From: Bacteroidaceae bacterium
GTDB taxonomy: Bacteria > Bacteroidota > Bacteroidia > Bacteroidales > Bacteroidaceae
Length of the DNA stretch: 64,000 bases
Reading direction: 5' to 3'
NCBI GenBank assembly: GCA_017534535.1
Contig: JAFXVZ010000048.1
Location: 49,286-113,285 of the forward strand
The notes under the pieces are model-generated. The model saw nothing but the letters and a program-made list of their open reading frames with translations. It was not told the DNA's origin and made no database searches. The position numbers and the translations under genes were made by a program. Below, piece after piece: positions 39,363-51,105 of this stretch. The number at the start of each line of letters is the position of its first letter. Positions within the stretch are counted from its first letter, which is position 1.

Positions 39363-40901
39363 TTACATCAAAGATTTGTTCAACATATAGTAAATCTCAT
39401 TGTTCCTGAGCTGCTGCTTGAACTCGCTGATCTTAGTGTCTTTGTTAATCTTTACATACTCAATGCCGAGCATTTCAGCAAAGTCTTCCCAATAATCCTC
39501 TGTAATGTCGTATGAGAATGCGCTGTGGTGTGTACCACCAGCCAAGATCCATGCGCCTGCGCCAATCTCAAAAGTGGGTTGCGGAACCCAGAGGGCACTT
39601 GCTACTGGAAGATGAGGCATAGGTTTAGGCTCAATACACTCCACTTCCTGAGAGATGAGACGGAAGCGGTTGCCAAGGTCAATAATAGTAGCCTTGATGC
39701 CTCGACCTGTCTTAGAGGTAAACACCAAACGAGCAGTCTGCTGCTTGCGGATACCGATACCCAAAAAATGTACTTCCAGTTTAGGTTTGTCGGTAGCGAT
39801 AAGTGGACAAATCTCCAGCATGTGGCTCTGCAAGCATGAAGAACGGTCGCCAGCAAAGTTGAGGGTATAGTCTTCCAAGAATGAGCAACCCTTAGGCATA
39901 CCCTGTTGGATAACCCAAAGCGTGCGATAAAGGCAAGCTGTCTTCCAGTCGCCTTCAGCACCGAAACCGATACCCTCTTGCATCAAACGCTGTGAAGCCA
40001 AACCAGGTATTTGGTCGAAGCCGCAGAAATCAGGAGCATCGATGTTGGCATCGCCCAAATCGTCGAAGTTGGTGGTAAATGCGTTAGCACCCTCATCCGT
40101 CAAAACTCTACGTAATGCAATTTCAGCCTTAGCAGAGTTCTTTACCTTCTCCCAATAAACTTCTTCACCGCTTTCGTCAATCTTGATGGTATAGAGCTGC
40201 TTGTATTCCTTTACCAAAGCGTCAGCTTCAGAATCGGTTACCTTCTTATAGTATTCCATCAGCGAACTAACAGGGTAGTAATCCACGTGGTAGCCTAAAC
40301 GCTGTTCAAACTCTACGCGGTCTCCATCCGTCACAGCAACGTTGTTCATATTCATACCGAACATCAGGCAGCGAACATTCTTTGCATCTGCTACACCAGC
40401 TGCTACGCGAGCCCAGATGGCAATCTGCTGTTGGGCAGATTCATCTTTCCAGTAACCGCAAACCACCTTGCGAGGGATACGCATACGGGTACAGATATGT
40501 CCGAACTCAATGTCACCATGGGCACTTTGATTCAAGTTCATGAAGTCCATATCAATTTCACCCCACGGAATCTCTGCATTATACTGGGTGTGGAAATGCA
40601 ACAGAGGTTTCTGCAAGTCTTGCAAACCTTTGATCCACATCTTAGCAGGAGAGAAAGTGTGCATCCAGGTGATGATACCCACGCATTGGTCGGCGTTGTT
40701 GGCAGCTTTCATCACAGCTTCCACTTCCTTGCTGCTGTTAGCTGTACCTTTATAAACAATTTTCACGGGTATGTTGCCGCTCTCGTTGAGGCCAGCAACC
40801 ATTTCTTTCGAGTGTCCGTCAACGGCAACTACCGCATCACCTCCATAAAGAAGCTGAGCGCCTGTTACCCACCAAATTTCTAAATCTTTAAATGCTTTCA
40901 T
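39363..40901 (-). CDS. araA: L-arabinose isomerase
   Basis: WMHTFSPAKMW, MNLNQSAHGD, GFGAEGDWK and AGGTHH motifs. Confidence 0.96.
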   Translation of the reverse strand: MKAFKDLEIWWVTGAQLLYGGDAVVAVDGHSKEMVAGLNESGNIPVKIVYKGTANSSKEVEAVMKAANNADQCVGIITWMHTFSPAKMWIKGLQDLQKPLLHFHTQYNAEIPWGEIDMDFMNLNQSAHGDIEFGHICTRMRIPRKVVCGYWKDESAQQQIAIWARVAAGVADAKNVRCLMFGMNMNNVAVTDGDRVEFEQRLGYHVDYYPVSSLMEYYKKVTDSEADALVKEYKQLYTIKIDESGEEVYWEKVKNSAKAEIALRRVLTDEGANAFTTNFDDLGDANIDAPDFCGFDQIPGLASQRLMQEGIGFGAEGDWKTACLYRTLWVIQQGMPKGCSFLEDYTLNFAGDRSSCLQSHMLEICPLIATDKPKLEVHFLGIGIRKQQTARLVFTSKTGRGIKATIIDLGNRFRLISQEVECIEPKPMPHLPVASALWVPQPTFEIGAGAWILAGGTHHSAFSYDITEDYWEDFAEMLGIEYVKINKDTKISEFKQQLRNNEIYYMLNKSLM

Positions 40902-40922
40902 GATATTATTTAGGTTTTTTAT

Positions 40923-41609
40923 TTATTTCTGCCCGTAGTATGCATTCGGTCCGTGCTTCCTATTAAAATGTTTCTCGATCAAATGTTCACTCATAGTGAG
41001 GTTAGGATTGATGGTAAAAGAGATGGCTGCCATCTTTGCCACTTCCTCAAGCACCACAGCATGATAGACAGCTTCATCAGCATCCTTGCCCCAAGTGAAT
41101 GGCCCGTGATTCTTGACTAGCACTCCAGGGGTATGCACGGGATTGATATCCTTGAAACGTTTTACAATCACATTACCCGTTTCCAACTCGTAGTCACCTT
41201 CCACCTCCTTGCGAGCCATGTCTTCTGTACAAGGTACGGCATCGTGGAAATAGTCGGCATGCGTAGTACCAATGTTGGGTAAATCCTTTCCTGCCTGAGC
41301 CCAAGCGGTAGCATAGGTCGAGTGGGTATGTACCACACCTCCTATTGAAGGAAAGGCTTTATAAAGCACCAGGTGGGTGGGGGTGTCGGATGAGGGACGC
41401 AGGTTGCCCTCTATTACTCGTCCGTCTAAATCCACCACCACCATATCGTCAGGTGTCATCGTGTCGTAGCTCACACCACTGGGTTTGATAACCATCAGGT
41501 TATGCTTCCTGTCTATGGCAGAGACGTTGCCCCAGGTAAACAGCACCAGGTTGTGCTTCACCAAATCGATGTTGGCCTTGAATACCTTTCGTTTTAACTC
41601 TTCCAACAT
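40923..41609 (-). CDS. araD: L-ribulose-5-phosphate 4-epimerase
   Basis: [23 protein letters not shown] and [11 protein letters not shown] motifs. Confidence 0.96.
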   Translation of the reverse strand: MLEELKRKVFKANIDLVKHNLVLFTWGNVSAIDRKHNLMVIKPSGVSYDTMTPDDMVVVDLDGRVIEGNLRPSSDTPTHLVLYKAFPSIGGVVHTHSTYATAWAQAGKDLPNIGTTHADYFHDAVPCTEDMARKEVEGDYELETGNVIVKRFKDINPVHTPGVLVKNHGPFTWGKDADEAVYHAVVLEEVAKMAAISFTINPNLTMSEHLIEKHFNRKHGPNAYYGQK

Positions 41610-41614
41610 AACAA

Positions 41615-42304
41615 TTATAATTTTTCTCTCAGGTATTGTTCGTATAATTTTTCGTTGAACCGATAGAGAACAGCTCCTCGTTTGGAACTTTTTTTGTCTA
41701 TCAGCATGGTCTTTTCTATATAATAAGCCTCCTCTACTATTTTGCGGAAGTTGCGCTTATCACGTGGCTTATTGTTGATTGCCTCTACCAATTTGCGTAG
41801 CTGTCTCATGGTGAATAGCGGAGGAAGCATGTTTAAGCCTACAGGCTTTACCATTGTTCTGTAACGCATTCTAGTAACTGCTGCACGAATCATCTCATTT
41901 TGGTCGTATTTCATTTCGGGCACTTCTGTCAAAGGGAACCATTTGGTATTGTCGGATTTATTGAGCTGCTCATCAAAATCTTCTTTATTGATAAGTGCGT
42001 AATACAGACAAGCAATCACTCGTTCATAAGGGTAGCGGTTTGCTTCTCCGAAACACCTGACCTGTTCCATAAAGATATTTTCCAACCCCGTCTTGGCTGC
42101 CAAGATGCGACGTGCAGAATTATCAATATCTTCATTATCCAACACAAAACCGTAAGGAAGCACCCAAGTTCCTATTGATGGTCCGTGGTCTTGTTTAACT
42201 AGCAATACGTGTATGGAATCATTGAAGAAGCTGAACACAACGCAACAATCCACAATGTAAAACTTTGGGTAGTCTTTAAATATTTCTTTTACAGTTTGAT
42301 CCAT
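41615..42304 (-). CDS. araR: NrtR-family (Nudix plus winged helix) arabinose regulator
   Basis: Degenerate Nudix box; FTMRQL...DKRNFRK...RGAVLYRF; located inside the ara operon. Confidence 0.8.
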   Translation of the reverse strand: MDQTVKEIFKDYPKFYIVDCCVVFSFFNDSIHVLLVKQDHGPSIGTWVLPYGFVLDNEDIDNSARRILAAKTGLENIFMEQVRCFGEANRYPYERVIACLYYALINKEDFDEQLNKSDNTKWFPLTEVPEMKYDQNEMIRAAVTRMRYRTMVKPVGLNMLPPLFTMRQLRKLVEAINNKPRDKRNFRKIVEEAYYIEKTMLIDKKSSKRGAVLYRFNEKLYEQYLREKL

Positions 42305-42322
42305 AGTGTGTTCCCTAATTGA

Positions 42323-44005
42323 TTACCAGAAATAAATGTAGAAAGCAATCGTCAACGACAAAATGATTATTGTATGAATGACATCCCAACGATTCCAGCT
42401 TGCCCTTGAAGCAGCTTTCTGCTCAGGGGTAGCGGTTCCGAATACCAAACCCTGTATCTTCTGTGGGTCAGGTTTTTCGGTACACATACTGACTACGATG
42501 ACTACCAATAAGCAGAACACTAGCATACATCCACTGAAGAACAACCAGTTGAAGTCGAAGAACACACTCTTGAACCAAGTCTGCGAAGCATCAGTCACAT
42601 TGGTGTAATACACTTTTGCACCCAAACGGGTCAGACCGATGATGATGCCGCTGATAAGTCCCCACATACCACCTTTTGCAGAAGCACGTTTCCACGTGAT
42701 TCCCAAGAGGAAGGCTGCTGCAATACCTGGAGCTAACACAGACTGCACGTCTTGCAGGTAGTTGTAAAGTACATTACCGATGCTGCGCATGATAGGAATC
42801 CAGAGGATACCTAACATTACGATGACCACCGTAGCTATCTGTCCTATACGCACTAACGCCTTTTCAGATGTCTGAGGACGCAAACGTTTGTAGAAGTCGA
42901 TGGTAAACAACATAGACGATGAGTTAAAGAGAGAAGCCAGCGAGCTCATTAAAGCTGCTAAGATGCCGCAAACCACCAAGCCTTTCACACCTGCAGGCAA
43001 CAACTTAGCAACGAGGGTGGGGAAGGCTGCATCGCTCAATGTGTTGCCGTTGGCATCGAGAGGTAGGAAGCCACCTCCAGTCTTAACATTGATGGCGTAA
43101 GCTATCATACCAGGAATTAGGAAGATAAATACGGGTAACATCTTCAGGTATGCACCGAAGATAGTACCTCGGCGAGCTTCCTTCTCGTTCTTGCCAGAGA
43201 GTACACGCTGAACGATGAACTGGTCGGTACACCAATACCAGAAACCGATGGTAGCAGAGGTGATCAAGGCTCCGAGCCAAGGATATTCAGGGTCGCGATT
43301 GTCTCGAATCAAGTTCGTCATATGATCTCCGTAATCGTTGATAGTCACGGCACTACAGATACCCATCAGCTCATCCCAGCCACCTAAGGCTTTCAAACCC
43401 AACACCAAGATGATGATGGAACCCAACAAGAGGATAGGTGTCTGCAATACGGAGGTATAAAGTACAGATTTCATACCACCGAATATGGTGTAGACGGCTG
43501 TAATCAATACCAGTCCGATAGCAGCAATCCAAAAGAAGTCGATACCCCAAAGTGTGTCGATGCCAAATACCTGTTGGAAAACCAAACCGCCAGCATAGAC
43601 CGTAACGGCTACTTTGGTCAATACATAGCTGACTAGGGAGATGACTGATAATATGGTACGCGACTGAGTGTTGTAACGTTTTTCCAAAAATTCGGGCATT
43701 GTATAGACCATACTTCGGCTATAGAAGGGCACGAATACCCAACCTAGTATCAAGATCATCCATCCCTGAATTTCCCAATGAGCCATCGCCATACCGCTTG
43801 ATGCTCCCGTACCAGCCAAACCTATCAGGTGTTCAGACCCGATATTGGAAGCGAAGATGGAGGCACCGATGGCAATCCAGGTGGCATCTCGTCCGCCTAA
43901 GAAATAATCCGCAGAGTCATTCTGCTTGCTTTTCAGTACCCATAGGATGATTCCTATCAATACGCAGCAAAACGCTGCAATCACAATCCAGTCAAGTAGT
44001 TCCAT
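42323..44005 (-). CDS. Sodium:solute symporter (probable L-arabinose permease)
   Basis: DYFLGGR, ASNIGSEH, WYWCTDQ..VQR and AALMSS motifs. Confidence 0.9.
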   Translation of the reverse strand: MELLDWIVIAAFCCVLIGIILWVLKSKQNDSADYFLGGRDATWIAIGASIFASNIGSEHLIGLAGTGASSGMAMAHWEIQGWMILILGWVFVPFYSRSMVYTMPEFLEKRYNTQSRTILSVISLVSYVLTKVAVTVYAGGLVFQQVFGIDTLWGIDFFWIAAIGLVLITAVYTIFGGMKSVLYTSVLQTPILLLGSIIILVLGLKALGGWDELMGICSAVTINDYGDHMTNLIRDNRDPEYPWLGALITSATIGFWYWCTDQFIVQRVLSGKNEKEARRGTIFGAYLKMLPVFIFLIPGMIAYAINVKTGGGFLPLDANGNTLSDAAFPTLVAKLLPAGVKGLVVCGILAALMSSLASLFNSSSMLFTIDFYKRLRPQTSEKALVRIGQIATVVIVMLGILWIPIMRSIGNVLYNYLQDVQSVLAPGIAAAFLLGITWKRASAKGGMWGLISGIIIGLTRLGAKVYYTNVTDASQTWFKSVFFDFNWLFFSGCMLVFCLLVVIVVSMCTEKPDPQKIQGLVFGTATPEQKAASRASWNRWDVIHTIIILSLTIAFYIYFW

Positions 44006-44018
44006 ATCTCAATCTTCA

Positions 44019-45158
44019 TTATTCAACACTGAACTTAAAGATGCACTCACTATTGTATGTCTGTCCTGGCTCTAGCACCACGCTTGGGAATGAAGGCTGG
44101 TTGGGCGAGTCTGGATAATGCTGCGTTTCCAGACAAACGGCCGTGCGTTTGTTATAAGCGATACCATGCTTGCCTTTCACACTGCCATTCAGAAAGTTGC
44201 CTGCATAAACCTGAATGCCTGGCTCGTTGGTATATACTGATACGCTGATGCCTGTGGAAGGACATGTAGCCTTAGCAGCCAACTTGGAGATGTCGCCATT
44301 GGTGTTCAGCACCCAGTTGTGGTCGAAGCCGTTACCCAACTTGATTTGCTCAAAGTCGGTCTTGTTGATGTCCTGACCTATGGGCTTAGGTGTGGTGAAA
44401 TCCATTGGAGTACCCTTTACGCTTTCGATGGTTCCTAATGGGATCAGCTTGGCATTTACCGGGGTATAGTTGTCGGCATTTACAAACAACACATGGTCAG
44501 AGTTGTCTTTCGTGGGGTCGCCACTTAAGTTAAAATAAGAATGGTTGGTCATGTTAATCACGGTCTTCTTATCAGTAGTAGCACTATATTGGATATCGAT
44601 GGCATTGTCTTCCGTCAGGGTAAAGGTAACCTTCACCTTTACATTACCAGGGAAATTCATGTCGCCATCAGGAGAGTCGAGCGAAAGCTGTACTTGATTG
44701 TCACTGAGTTGTTTGCCATCAAACACTTTGTATTGCCATCCTTTGGGACCACCATGCAGGCAGTTGTCGCCATCGTTGGCAAGAAGTTCGTATGTGGTTT
44801 CGTCCAATACAAACTTGGCTCCTGCGATACGATTGGCGTAGCGTCCTATGCTTGCGCCAAAGTCGCTAGCATTATTCTGGTAGTCTGCGATGTTATCGAA
44901 GGCAAGTACTACGTCGCGAGGGGTACCGTTCTTGTCGTTGAGGTTCACTGACACGATGCGGCCACCGAAGTTGGTTATACATACTTCCATACCCTGTTTG
45001 TTGGTTAGGGTGTAGAGGTGTGTCTGCTTCCCATCGATAGTTGTTTCAAACTTTTGTGGGTCTAAACCTGACTGAGTCAGTTTAGGGCCTGTTGTCTGAT
45101 TGTTGCAGGCACTCATCGATAATGCCATCATGCCTGCTAGAATGATTGATTTCTTCAT
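44019..45158 (-). CDS. Aldose 1-epimerase (mutarotase), lipoprotein
   Basis: GRYANRI, LHGG, TNHSYFNL and CLETQ motifs; lipobox MSAC; -7 element TATCTTTG at 45188-45195. Confidence 0.93.
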   Translation of the reverse strand: MKKSIILAGMMALSMSACNNQTTGPKLTQSGLDPQKFETTIDGKQTHLYTLTNKQGMEVCITNFGGRIVSVNLNDKNGTPRDVVLAFDNIADYQNNASDFGASIGRYANRIAGAKFVLDETTYELLANDGDNCLHGGPKGWQYKVFDGKQLSDNQVQLSLDSPDGDMNFPGNVKVKVTFTLTEDNAIDIQYSATTDKKTVINMTNHSYFNLSGDPTKDNSDHVLFVNADNYTPVNAKLIPLGTIESVKGTPMDFTTPKPIGQDINKTDFEQIKLGNGFDHNWVLNTNGDISKLAAKATCPSTGISVSVYTNEPGIQVYAGNFLNGSVKGKHGIAYNKRTAVCLETQHYPDSPNQPSFPSVVLEPGQTYNSECIFKFSVE

Positions 45159-45345
45159 TGCATTTTCATTTATTTGTTTTTGTCCTACAAAGATAATAAA
45201 GATTTTATTATGTTCATATAAGTACTGTTATAATTTTCGCAAAAATAATTAGGTTTTCACCCCAGCTATTATTTACTTGTATTTTCATTAAAGTATTTTA
45301 GAGCGAGATTGGATTTATGGAATAAAAATATATAATTGACGATAA

Positions 45346-46797
45346 TCAATTCCGCTTCCAGAAATTGGGGGTGAAGAGCAGAATGACAGTAAAGACTTCC
45401 AAGCGTCCAAGGAGCATCAGGAAGCTCATGAGCCACTTGCCGGCATCAGGCATGCTATTCCAACTGCCACTGGGGCCGTAACTTCCGAGTGCTGGCCCCA
45501 TGTTGCCAAGGGCTGATACAGAGCATCCTATGGCTTCCATGAAGTCGATGCCAATAGAAGAAAGGAAGATGCTGCTGCCAAAGATGATGATGAAATAGAT
45601 AAAGCAGAAAGCCATCACGGTGCTGAGCAGGGTGGGGGGGGCTACTTGTTTATCCATGCGGATGGGCAACACGGCATTGGGATGGAGGATGTGCTTAAAT
45701 TCGTTCAACATCACCTTAAACAACACCAGCACTCGAATGCACTTCATGCCTCCCGAAGTACTGCCTGCACAAGCTCCCACCATCATGACAAGCAGCAACA
45801 AGCCCCAAAGGGCAGAAGGCCAAGTCATATAGTCGCAAGTACTGAAACCAGTGGAGGTTTGCAGGGCAACCACTTGAAAAAGTGAGTCTCGGAAAGCATC
45901 CTCTCCCTCGATGCCCCTGCTAGACCACAATACAATGGTGAAAACAAGGGTGGCAGCGACTATAGTTAGAGCATACCATTTCAGCTCGCTGTCTTTCAAA
46001 GCTCTTTTGAATCTGCCGTTGACAAAGAGAATTAGCAGGCTATAGTTTATTCCAGAGATGAACATGAAGATGATGATGACGTATTCTATATACGAAGAAT
46101 GGTAGAAGGCGATGCTTTCCTGATGGGTGGAAAAACCACCAGTGCCAGCTGCGGTGAGTGCATGACAGATGCTGTCGAAGCCTCCCATACCTCCCAACAT
46201 AAGCAAAACAAAGAGCAGTGCAGTGATGCCAACGTAGATGCCCCAAATCCAACGTGCCGTGATGCCGATGCGAGGAGTAACTTTGTTGTGTGTTGGCCCA
46301 CTAACCTCTGCTGCAAACATTTGCAGGCCGTTTACACCCAAGAAGGGCAACAGGGCGATGGTAAAGATGATGATGCCCAAGCCTCCAAACCACTGGGTGA
46401 TGCTGCGCCAGAAGAGCAGTCCGCGAGGCATTTCATCGATGTCGTCAAGGATGGTGGCACCCGTGCTGGTGATGCCTGACATCGCCTCGAAGAAAGCATT
46501 GGTAAGAGAGGGGATATGTCCGTTGATATAGAACGGCAACATGCCAAATAAGGCGAAAGCAAACCAAGAACAGGTCACCATAATATAACCATCGCGACGG
46601 GTGAAAGCTTTCTCGCTCTTGTGGCTATATAACAACATGAGCAAGCCTATGACTCCTGTGATGCCAGCAGTGACAAGCAAACTCGTCAGAGCGGCATCGT
46701 GGTAATAAGCCGATACCCCTGTCGAGAGCAGCAACATCATCGTTTCCAACAGTAGGAGGTTGCCAATGACCTTGATTATGGCTTTGGAGTTTATCAT
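45346..46797 (-). CDS. trkH: Trk potassium uptake permease
   Basis: FEAMSGITSTG, GTGGFS, GSTSGG.K and GRLE motifs. Confidence 0.93.
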   Translation of the reverse strand: MINSKAIIKVIGNLLLLETMMLLLSTGVSAYYHDAALTSLLVTAGITGVIGLLMLLYSHKSEKAFTRRDGYIMVTCSWFAFALFGMLPFYINGHIPSLTNAFFEAMSGITSTGATILDDIDEMPRGLLFWRSITQWFGGLGIIIFTIALLPFLGVNGLQMFAAEVSGPTHNKVTPRIGITARWIWGIYVGITALLFVLLMLGGMGGFDSICHALTAAGTGGFSTHQESIAFYHSSYIEYVIIIFMFISGINYSLLILFVNGRFKRALKDSELKWYALTIVAATLVFTIVLWSSRGIEGEDAFRDSLFQVVALQTSTGFSTCDYMTWPSALWGLLLLVMMVGACAGSTSGGMKCIRVLVLFKVMLNEFKHILHPNAVLPIRMDKQVAPPTLLSTVMAFCFIYFIIIFGSSIFLSSIGIDFMEAIGCSVSALGNMGPALGSYGPSGSWNSMPDAGKWLMSFLMLLGRLEVFTVILLFTPNFWKRN

Positions 46798-48137
46798 CAG
46801 TTAAAGAACTTTTCTATTTTCTGGATGGTTTGTTTCAGGCAGAACACCATCACATGATCGCCCACCTCAATCTTGGTATTACCTCTTACCAAAATGCCTT
46901 CTCCGTTTCGTACCATCCCTCCGATGGTTGCTCCACGAGGAAGGCCCAAATCTTTTACCAGATGCTTGGTAGCTCGAGAACCTTCCTTGACGTTGAACTC
47001 TGCAACATCAGCGTCAGCAAAGGTCAGGCATTTCACATTGCTTACGTCGGCATCCAGCATCATCTGGTATATATGTGAAGCCGCAATCAGTTTCTTGTTG
47101 ATAACGGTGCCAATGTCCAAACTCTCAGCCATACTGATATAATCGATGTTCTCCACTTCAGCTACCGTCTTTTCCACGCCCATACGTTTGGCGGCAAGAC
47201 AAGCCAGGATGTTTGTCTCGCTATTACCTGTCAAGGCAACGAAGGCATCTGTATGTTGCAAACCCTCTTGCTTTAGCAAGTCTAAGTCGCGTCCGTCTCC
47301 ATTGATAATCATAGTCTTATCACTTAGCATCGTATTCAGGTAATGGCAACGGTCAATATTCTGTTCGATGATCTTTACCTGCATATAGTCGGGGGCATAC
47401 ATCGCTGTGCGGATGGCAATGCGACTACCACCCATAATCATCACATTTCGCACATCGGGATAATCCTCTTTTCCAGCAATTTTACGTACGTATGGCACAT
47501 ACTTGCGAGTAGTGGTGAAATACACAATATCATATAGTTTCAGTTCGTCATTACCACCAGGAATGATGGTTTCACTGCCTCGTTTGATGGCCACAATATG
47601 ATAGGGGAGGTCAGGGGAACCCAAATCCTTGAGTGGGATGTTTAGAATCTCGGCTTTCTCACGCAGTTTGGCTCCTACCAATATCAGTGCTCCATTGCTG
47701 AATTCCCACCATTGGCGTACCCAACTCATGCGGATGGATGATACAATCTCCTTAGCTGCCAGATGTTCGGGATAAATCAGTGACCCGATACCCATTCGCT
47801 TGAAGAAATCCTGGTTCTTGGGTTCAATGTATTCATACTTGTCGATACGAGCCACAGTCTTCTTGGCTCCTAAGCTGCGAGCCAGCATACAAGCCATCGA
47901 ATTGGTACTCTCATCAGGTGTGACGGCGATAAACAGATCGGCATCAGAGGCTCCCACATCCTTCAATGCCTGAATTGAGATGGGAGAGGCAACAATAGTC
48001 ATGAGGTCGAAGTTGTTTCCCAGTGCACTGAGTTTCTCTTCGCTCTCATCTATCAGATAGATGTCTTGTTTCTCTCGCGATAACAGTTTGGCCAAATGGG
48101 TACCTACTGCTCCTGCTCCTGCAATTATAATCTTCAT
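46797..48137 (-). CDS. trkA: Trk potassium uptake regulatory subunit
   Basis: [12 protein letters not shown]; tandem RCK_N/RCK_C domains. Confidence 0.93.
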   Translation of the reverse strand: MKIIIAGAGAVGTHLAKLLSREKQDIYLIDESEEKLSALGNNFDLMTIVASPISIQALKDVGASDADLFIAVTPDESTNSMACMLARSLGAKKTVARIDKYEYIEPKNQDFFKRMGIGSLIYPEHLAAKEIVSSIRMSWVRQWWEFSNGALILVGAKLREKAEILNIPLKDLGSPDLPYHIVAIKRGSETIIPGGNDELKLYDIVYFTTTRKYVPYVRKIAGKEDYPDVRNVMIMGGSRIAIRTAMYAPDYMQVKIIEQNIDRCHYLNTMLSDKTMIINGDGRDLDLLKQEGLQHTDAFVALTGNSETNILACLAAKRMGVEKTVAEVENIDYISMAESLDIGTVINKKLIAASHIYQMMLDADVSNVKCLTFADADVAEFNVKEGSRATKHLVKDLGLPRGATIGGMVRNGEGILVRGNTKIEVGDHVMVFCLKQTIQKIEKFFN

Positions 48138-50047
48138 AGGCTAATCAATAAACTATAAATACCCTCCTCATCCATTCCACAAAGATGATAGAGGTCTTCA
48201 GGCGATCCATGCTCTACAAATACATCAGGAATGCCGATGCGTTTCACTTGTGGTGTATAATCATGGTCTGCCATAAACTCCAACACAGCACTCCCCATAC
48301 CTCCTTTCCTGATTCCATCTTCTATTGTCACGATATGTTGGAAATGCTGGCCAATTTCATGTAACATTTCTATATCCATAGGCTTTAGGAAACGCAGATC
48401 GTAGTGAGCAATACTCAAACCCTTCTCCTTTTCGGCTTTCTCAATGGCTTTTGTCGCCAGATTGCCAATAGGTCCTATGGTGATGACGGCTAAATCGTTG
48501 CCCTCTTTTAGCTTTCTGCCCTTACCCACAGAAATTTCCTGCATGGGCTGACGCCAATTCATGCTGATACCTCGCCCTCTGGGATAACGAATCACAAACG
48601 CACCTTTACCAGGCAATTGAGCCGTGTACATCAGGTGGCGAAGTTCTACCTCATTCATGGGTGACGCAATAGTAAGATTTGGGATAGGTCGTAGGGCGGC
48701 CATATCCAACATACCATGATGTGTTGGGCCATCTTCCCCTACCAAACCTGCTCTATCCAAACAGAAAACTACAGGAAGTTTTAGGAATGCTACATCGTGA
48801 ATGATATGGTCGTAGGCACGTTGCATAAATGATGAATAAATACTACAGAAAGGTTGTAAGCCTTCCTTTGCCAAACCTCCGCTGAAGGTAACTGCATGTC
48901 CCTCGGCAATGCCCACATCGAAGGTTCGATCCGGGAATATCTCCATCAGTTTGTTCATACTACTACCTTGCAGCATAGCAGGCGTGATACCCACAATCCG
49001 CTCGTTTTGCTTAGCCAATTCCACTAATGTCTCACCAAAAACATCCTGATATTTAGGCGGTAAATCTTCACAGTTTTCTGGAATTCGTTCACCTGTTTCT
49101 GGGTTGAACTTGCTGGTAGCGTGCCAGAAAGCAGGGTCTTCTTCAGCAGGCTTGAACCCCTTACCCTTTTTAGTGTGCAAGTGTAATAGCTTTGGACCCT
49201 TCATGTCCTTAATGTTATTCAGCACACGGATGATTTCCTCGACATTATGTCCATCAATAGGTCCGAAATAACGGATATTCAAACCTTCGAAGATATTCTG
49301 CTGGTTGGCTGCAATGGATTTCAGACTATTACCTAGACGAATCAGCATCTTTCTGCGCTCTTCATTCAGCAGACCGATTTTTTCCATTGCCTTTGAAGCC
49401 TTGTAGCGAAGCTGGTTATAGCTTGTTGTGGTAGTCAGTTTCAGCAAGTATTGTTTCATGCCACCCACACTATTGTCGATGGACATGTCGTTGTCATTGA
49501 GGATAATCAATAGGTCGTTGGGGGTGGAGGAGGCATTGTTGAGTCCCTCGAAAGCCAAACCACCACTCATACTGCCGTCGCCAATCACGGCAACTACATG
49601 TTTGTTTTTCTCGCCTTTCAGTTGGGCAGCTACAGCCATACCCAAAGCGGCTGATATGGAATTGGAAGCATGTCCGCAAGCAAAGGTGTCGTACACACTT
49701 TCTTCTGGTGAAGGGAAAGGACGGATTCCCTTGAACTGACGATTGGTGGCGAAGGCTTCACGTCTGCCTGTTAAAATCTTGTGTCCGTAAGCTTGATGCC
49801 CCACGTCCCATACAATCAAGTCATCAGGAGTATGGAAAACATAGTGTAAGGCTACGGTCAGTTCTACAGTACCCAAGCTTGAACCAAAGTGCCCGGGGTT
49901 TCGTGACACCTCCTTAATAATGTCATCCCTCAGTTCCTTACAGACTTGTTTCAACTCTTTTATAGGGAGTTTTCGCAGGTCTTCTGGATCGTTGATTCGT
50001 TCAAGCAGGCTGTATGTTGTTTTATCTTCATTCATATTTTTTGCCAC
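48134..50047 (-). CDS. dxs: 1-deoxy-D-xylulose-5-phosphate synthase
   Basis: [24 protein letters not shown] and [15 protein letters not shown] motifs. Confidence 0.97.
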   Translation of the reverse strand: MAKNMNEDKTTYSLLERINDPEDLRKLPIKELKQVCKELRDDIIKEVSRNPGHFGSSLGTVELTVALHYVFHTPDDLIVWDVGHQAYGHKILTGRREAFATNRQFKGIRPFPSPEESVYDTFACGHASNSISAALGMAVAAQLKGEKNKHVVAVIGDGSMSGGLAFEGLNNASSTPNDLLIILNDNDMSIDNSVGGMKQYLLKLTTTTSYNQLRYKASKAMEKIGLLNEERRKMLIRLGNSLKSIAANQQNIFEGLNIRYFGPIDGHNVEEIIRVLNNIKDMKGPKLLHLHTKKGKGFKPAEEDPAFWHATSKFNPETGERIPENCEDLPPKYQDVFGETLVELAKQNERIVGITPAMLQGSSMNKLMEIFPDRTFDVGIAEGHAVTFSGGLAKEGLQPFCSIYSSFMQRAYDHIIHDVAFLKLPVVFCLDRAGLVGEDGPTHHGMLDMAALRPIPNLTIASPMNEVELRHLMYTAQLPGKGAFVIRYPRGRGISMNWRQPMQEISVGKGRKLKEGNDLAVITIGPIGNLATKAIEKAEKEKGLSIAHYDLRFLKPMDIEMLHEIGQHFQHIVTIEDGIRKGGMGSAVLEFMADHDYTPQVKRIGIPDVFVEHGSPEDLYHLCGMDEEGIYSLLISL

Positions 50048-50109
50048 TTTCGCTGCAAAAATACAACTATTTTTGCTACTTTTGCCGTAAAGTTACGAAA
50101 AATATCGAT

Positions 50110-51105
50110 ATGAATCTATTTACAAGCGTTGAAATAAGCAAAATATCCCCCCAATTCAGCTACGCTGATGTGTTATTGCTGATAGGTTCGTGTTTTGCCA
50201 CAGAGATTGGCTCACGCTTGCAGGATGCCAAATTCCGTTGTCTTGTTAACCCGACAGGTGTTCTGTATAACCCCCTGAGTATAGCAAACTCCCTGCGGAT
50301 GTTGCTGAATAACAAATATCCAACGAAAGAGGATTATATTTTCCATGAGGGATTATGGCATAGCTTTTCTTTTCATGGCGATTTCTCTGCAGCATCAGCC
50401 AGTGAATTACAAGATAACATTGAGGCGTCAGTGGCAAAATGTCAAGGTATTATAAAAGAAGTATCGTGTCTTTTCATAACTTTCGGGTCGGCCTTCGTCT
50501 ATGAATGGAAGAAAACGGGTGAAGTGGTGGCTAACTGTCACAAACTTCCTGAGCGTCTGTTCAATCGCAGAAGATTGGGCGATGAGGAGATTGTAAGAGA
50601 GTATCTGGATTTGTTGCAAGAGATTTGGGAGGTGACCCCAACTTGTAGGGTGTTGCTGACTGTTAGTCCCATTCGACACATTCGAGATGGTTTGCATGAG
50701 AATCAACTCAGCAAGGCAACACTCTTATTAGCTATCGACGAGCTTCAGCGTCTATATCCGGAAAAGGTAATCTATTTTCCTGCTTATGAATTGCTGATGG
50801 ATGAATTGCGTGACTATCGGTTTTATTCAGATGATTTGTTGCACCCTTCTCAGATGGCTATAGATTATGTTTGGCAACGATTCACGGAAACCTGTATGAC
50901 GAAAGATGCATTGCTGACGATGAAAAGTGTTAAAGAAATAAAAAAAATGCTCGAACACCGTCCTTTGCATCCCGAATCCGACGAATATGCACGTTTTTTG
51001 CATCAAATAGTGTTAAAAATAGAAACACTTTCAGAAAAATGTCCTTACTTTGAATTCGAGAAAGAAAAAGAACTATGTCTTACCAGATTGAACAGATTGC
51101 ATTAG
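50110..51105 (+). CDS. GSCFA domain protein
   Basis: IGSCFA, TVSPIRH and YFPAYE..MDELRDYRFY motifs; -7 element TACTTTTG at 50077-50084. Confidence 0.88.
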   Translation: MNLFTSVEISKISPQFSYADVLLLIGSCFATEIGSRLQDAKFRCLVNPTGVLYNPLSIANSLRMLLNNKYPTKEDYIFHEGLWHSFSFHGDFSAASASELQDNIEASVAKCQGIIKEVSCLFITFGSAFVYEWKKTGEVVANCHKLPERLFNRRRLGDEEIVREYLDLLQEIWEVTPTCRVLLTVSPIRHIRDGLHENQLSKATLLLAIDELQRLYPEKVIYFPAYELLMDELRDYRFYSDDLLHPSQMAIDYVWQRFTETCMTKDALLTMKSVKEIKKMLEHRPLHPESDEYARFLHQIVLKIETLSEKCPYFEFEKEKELCLTRLNRLH

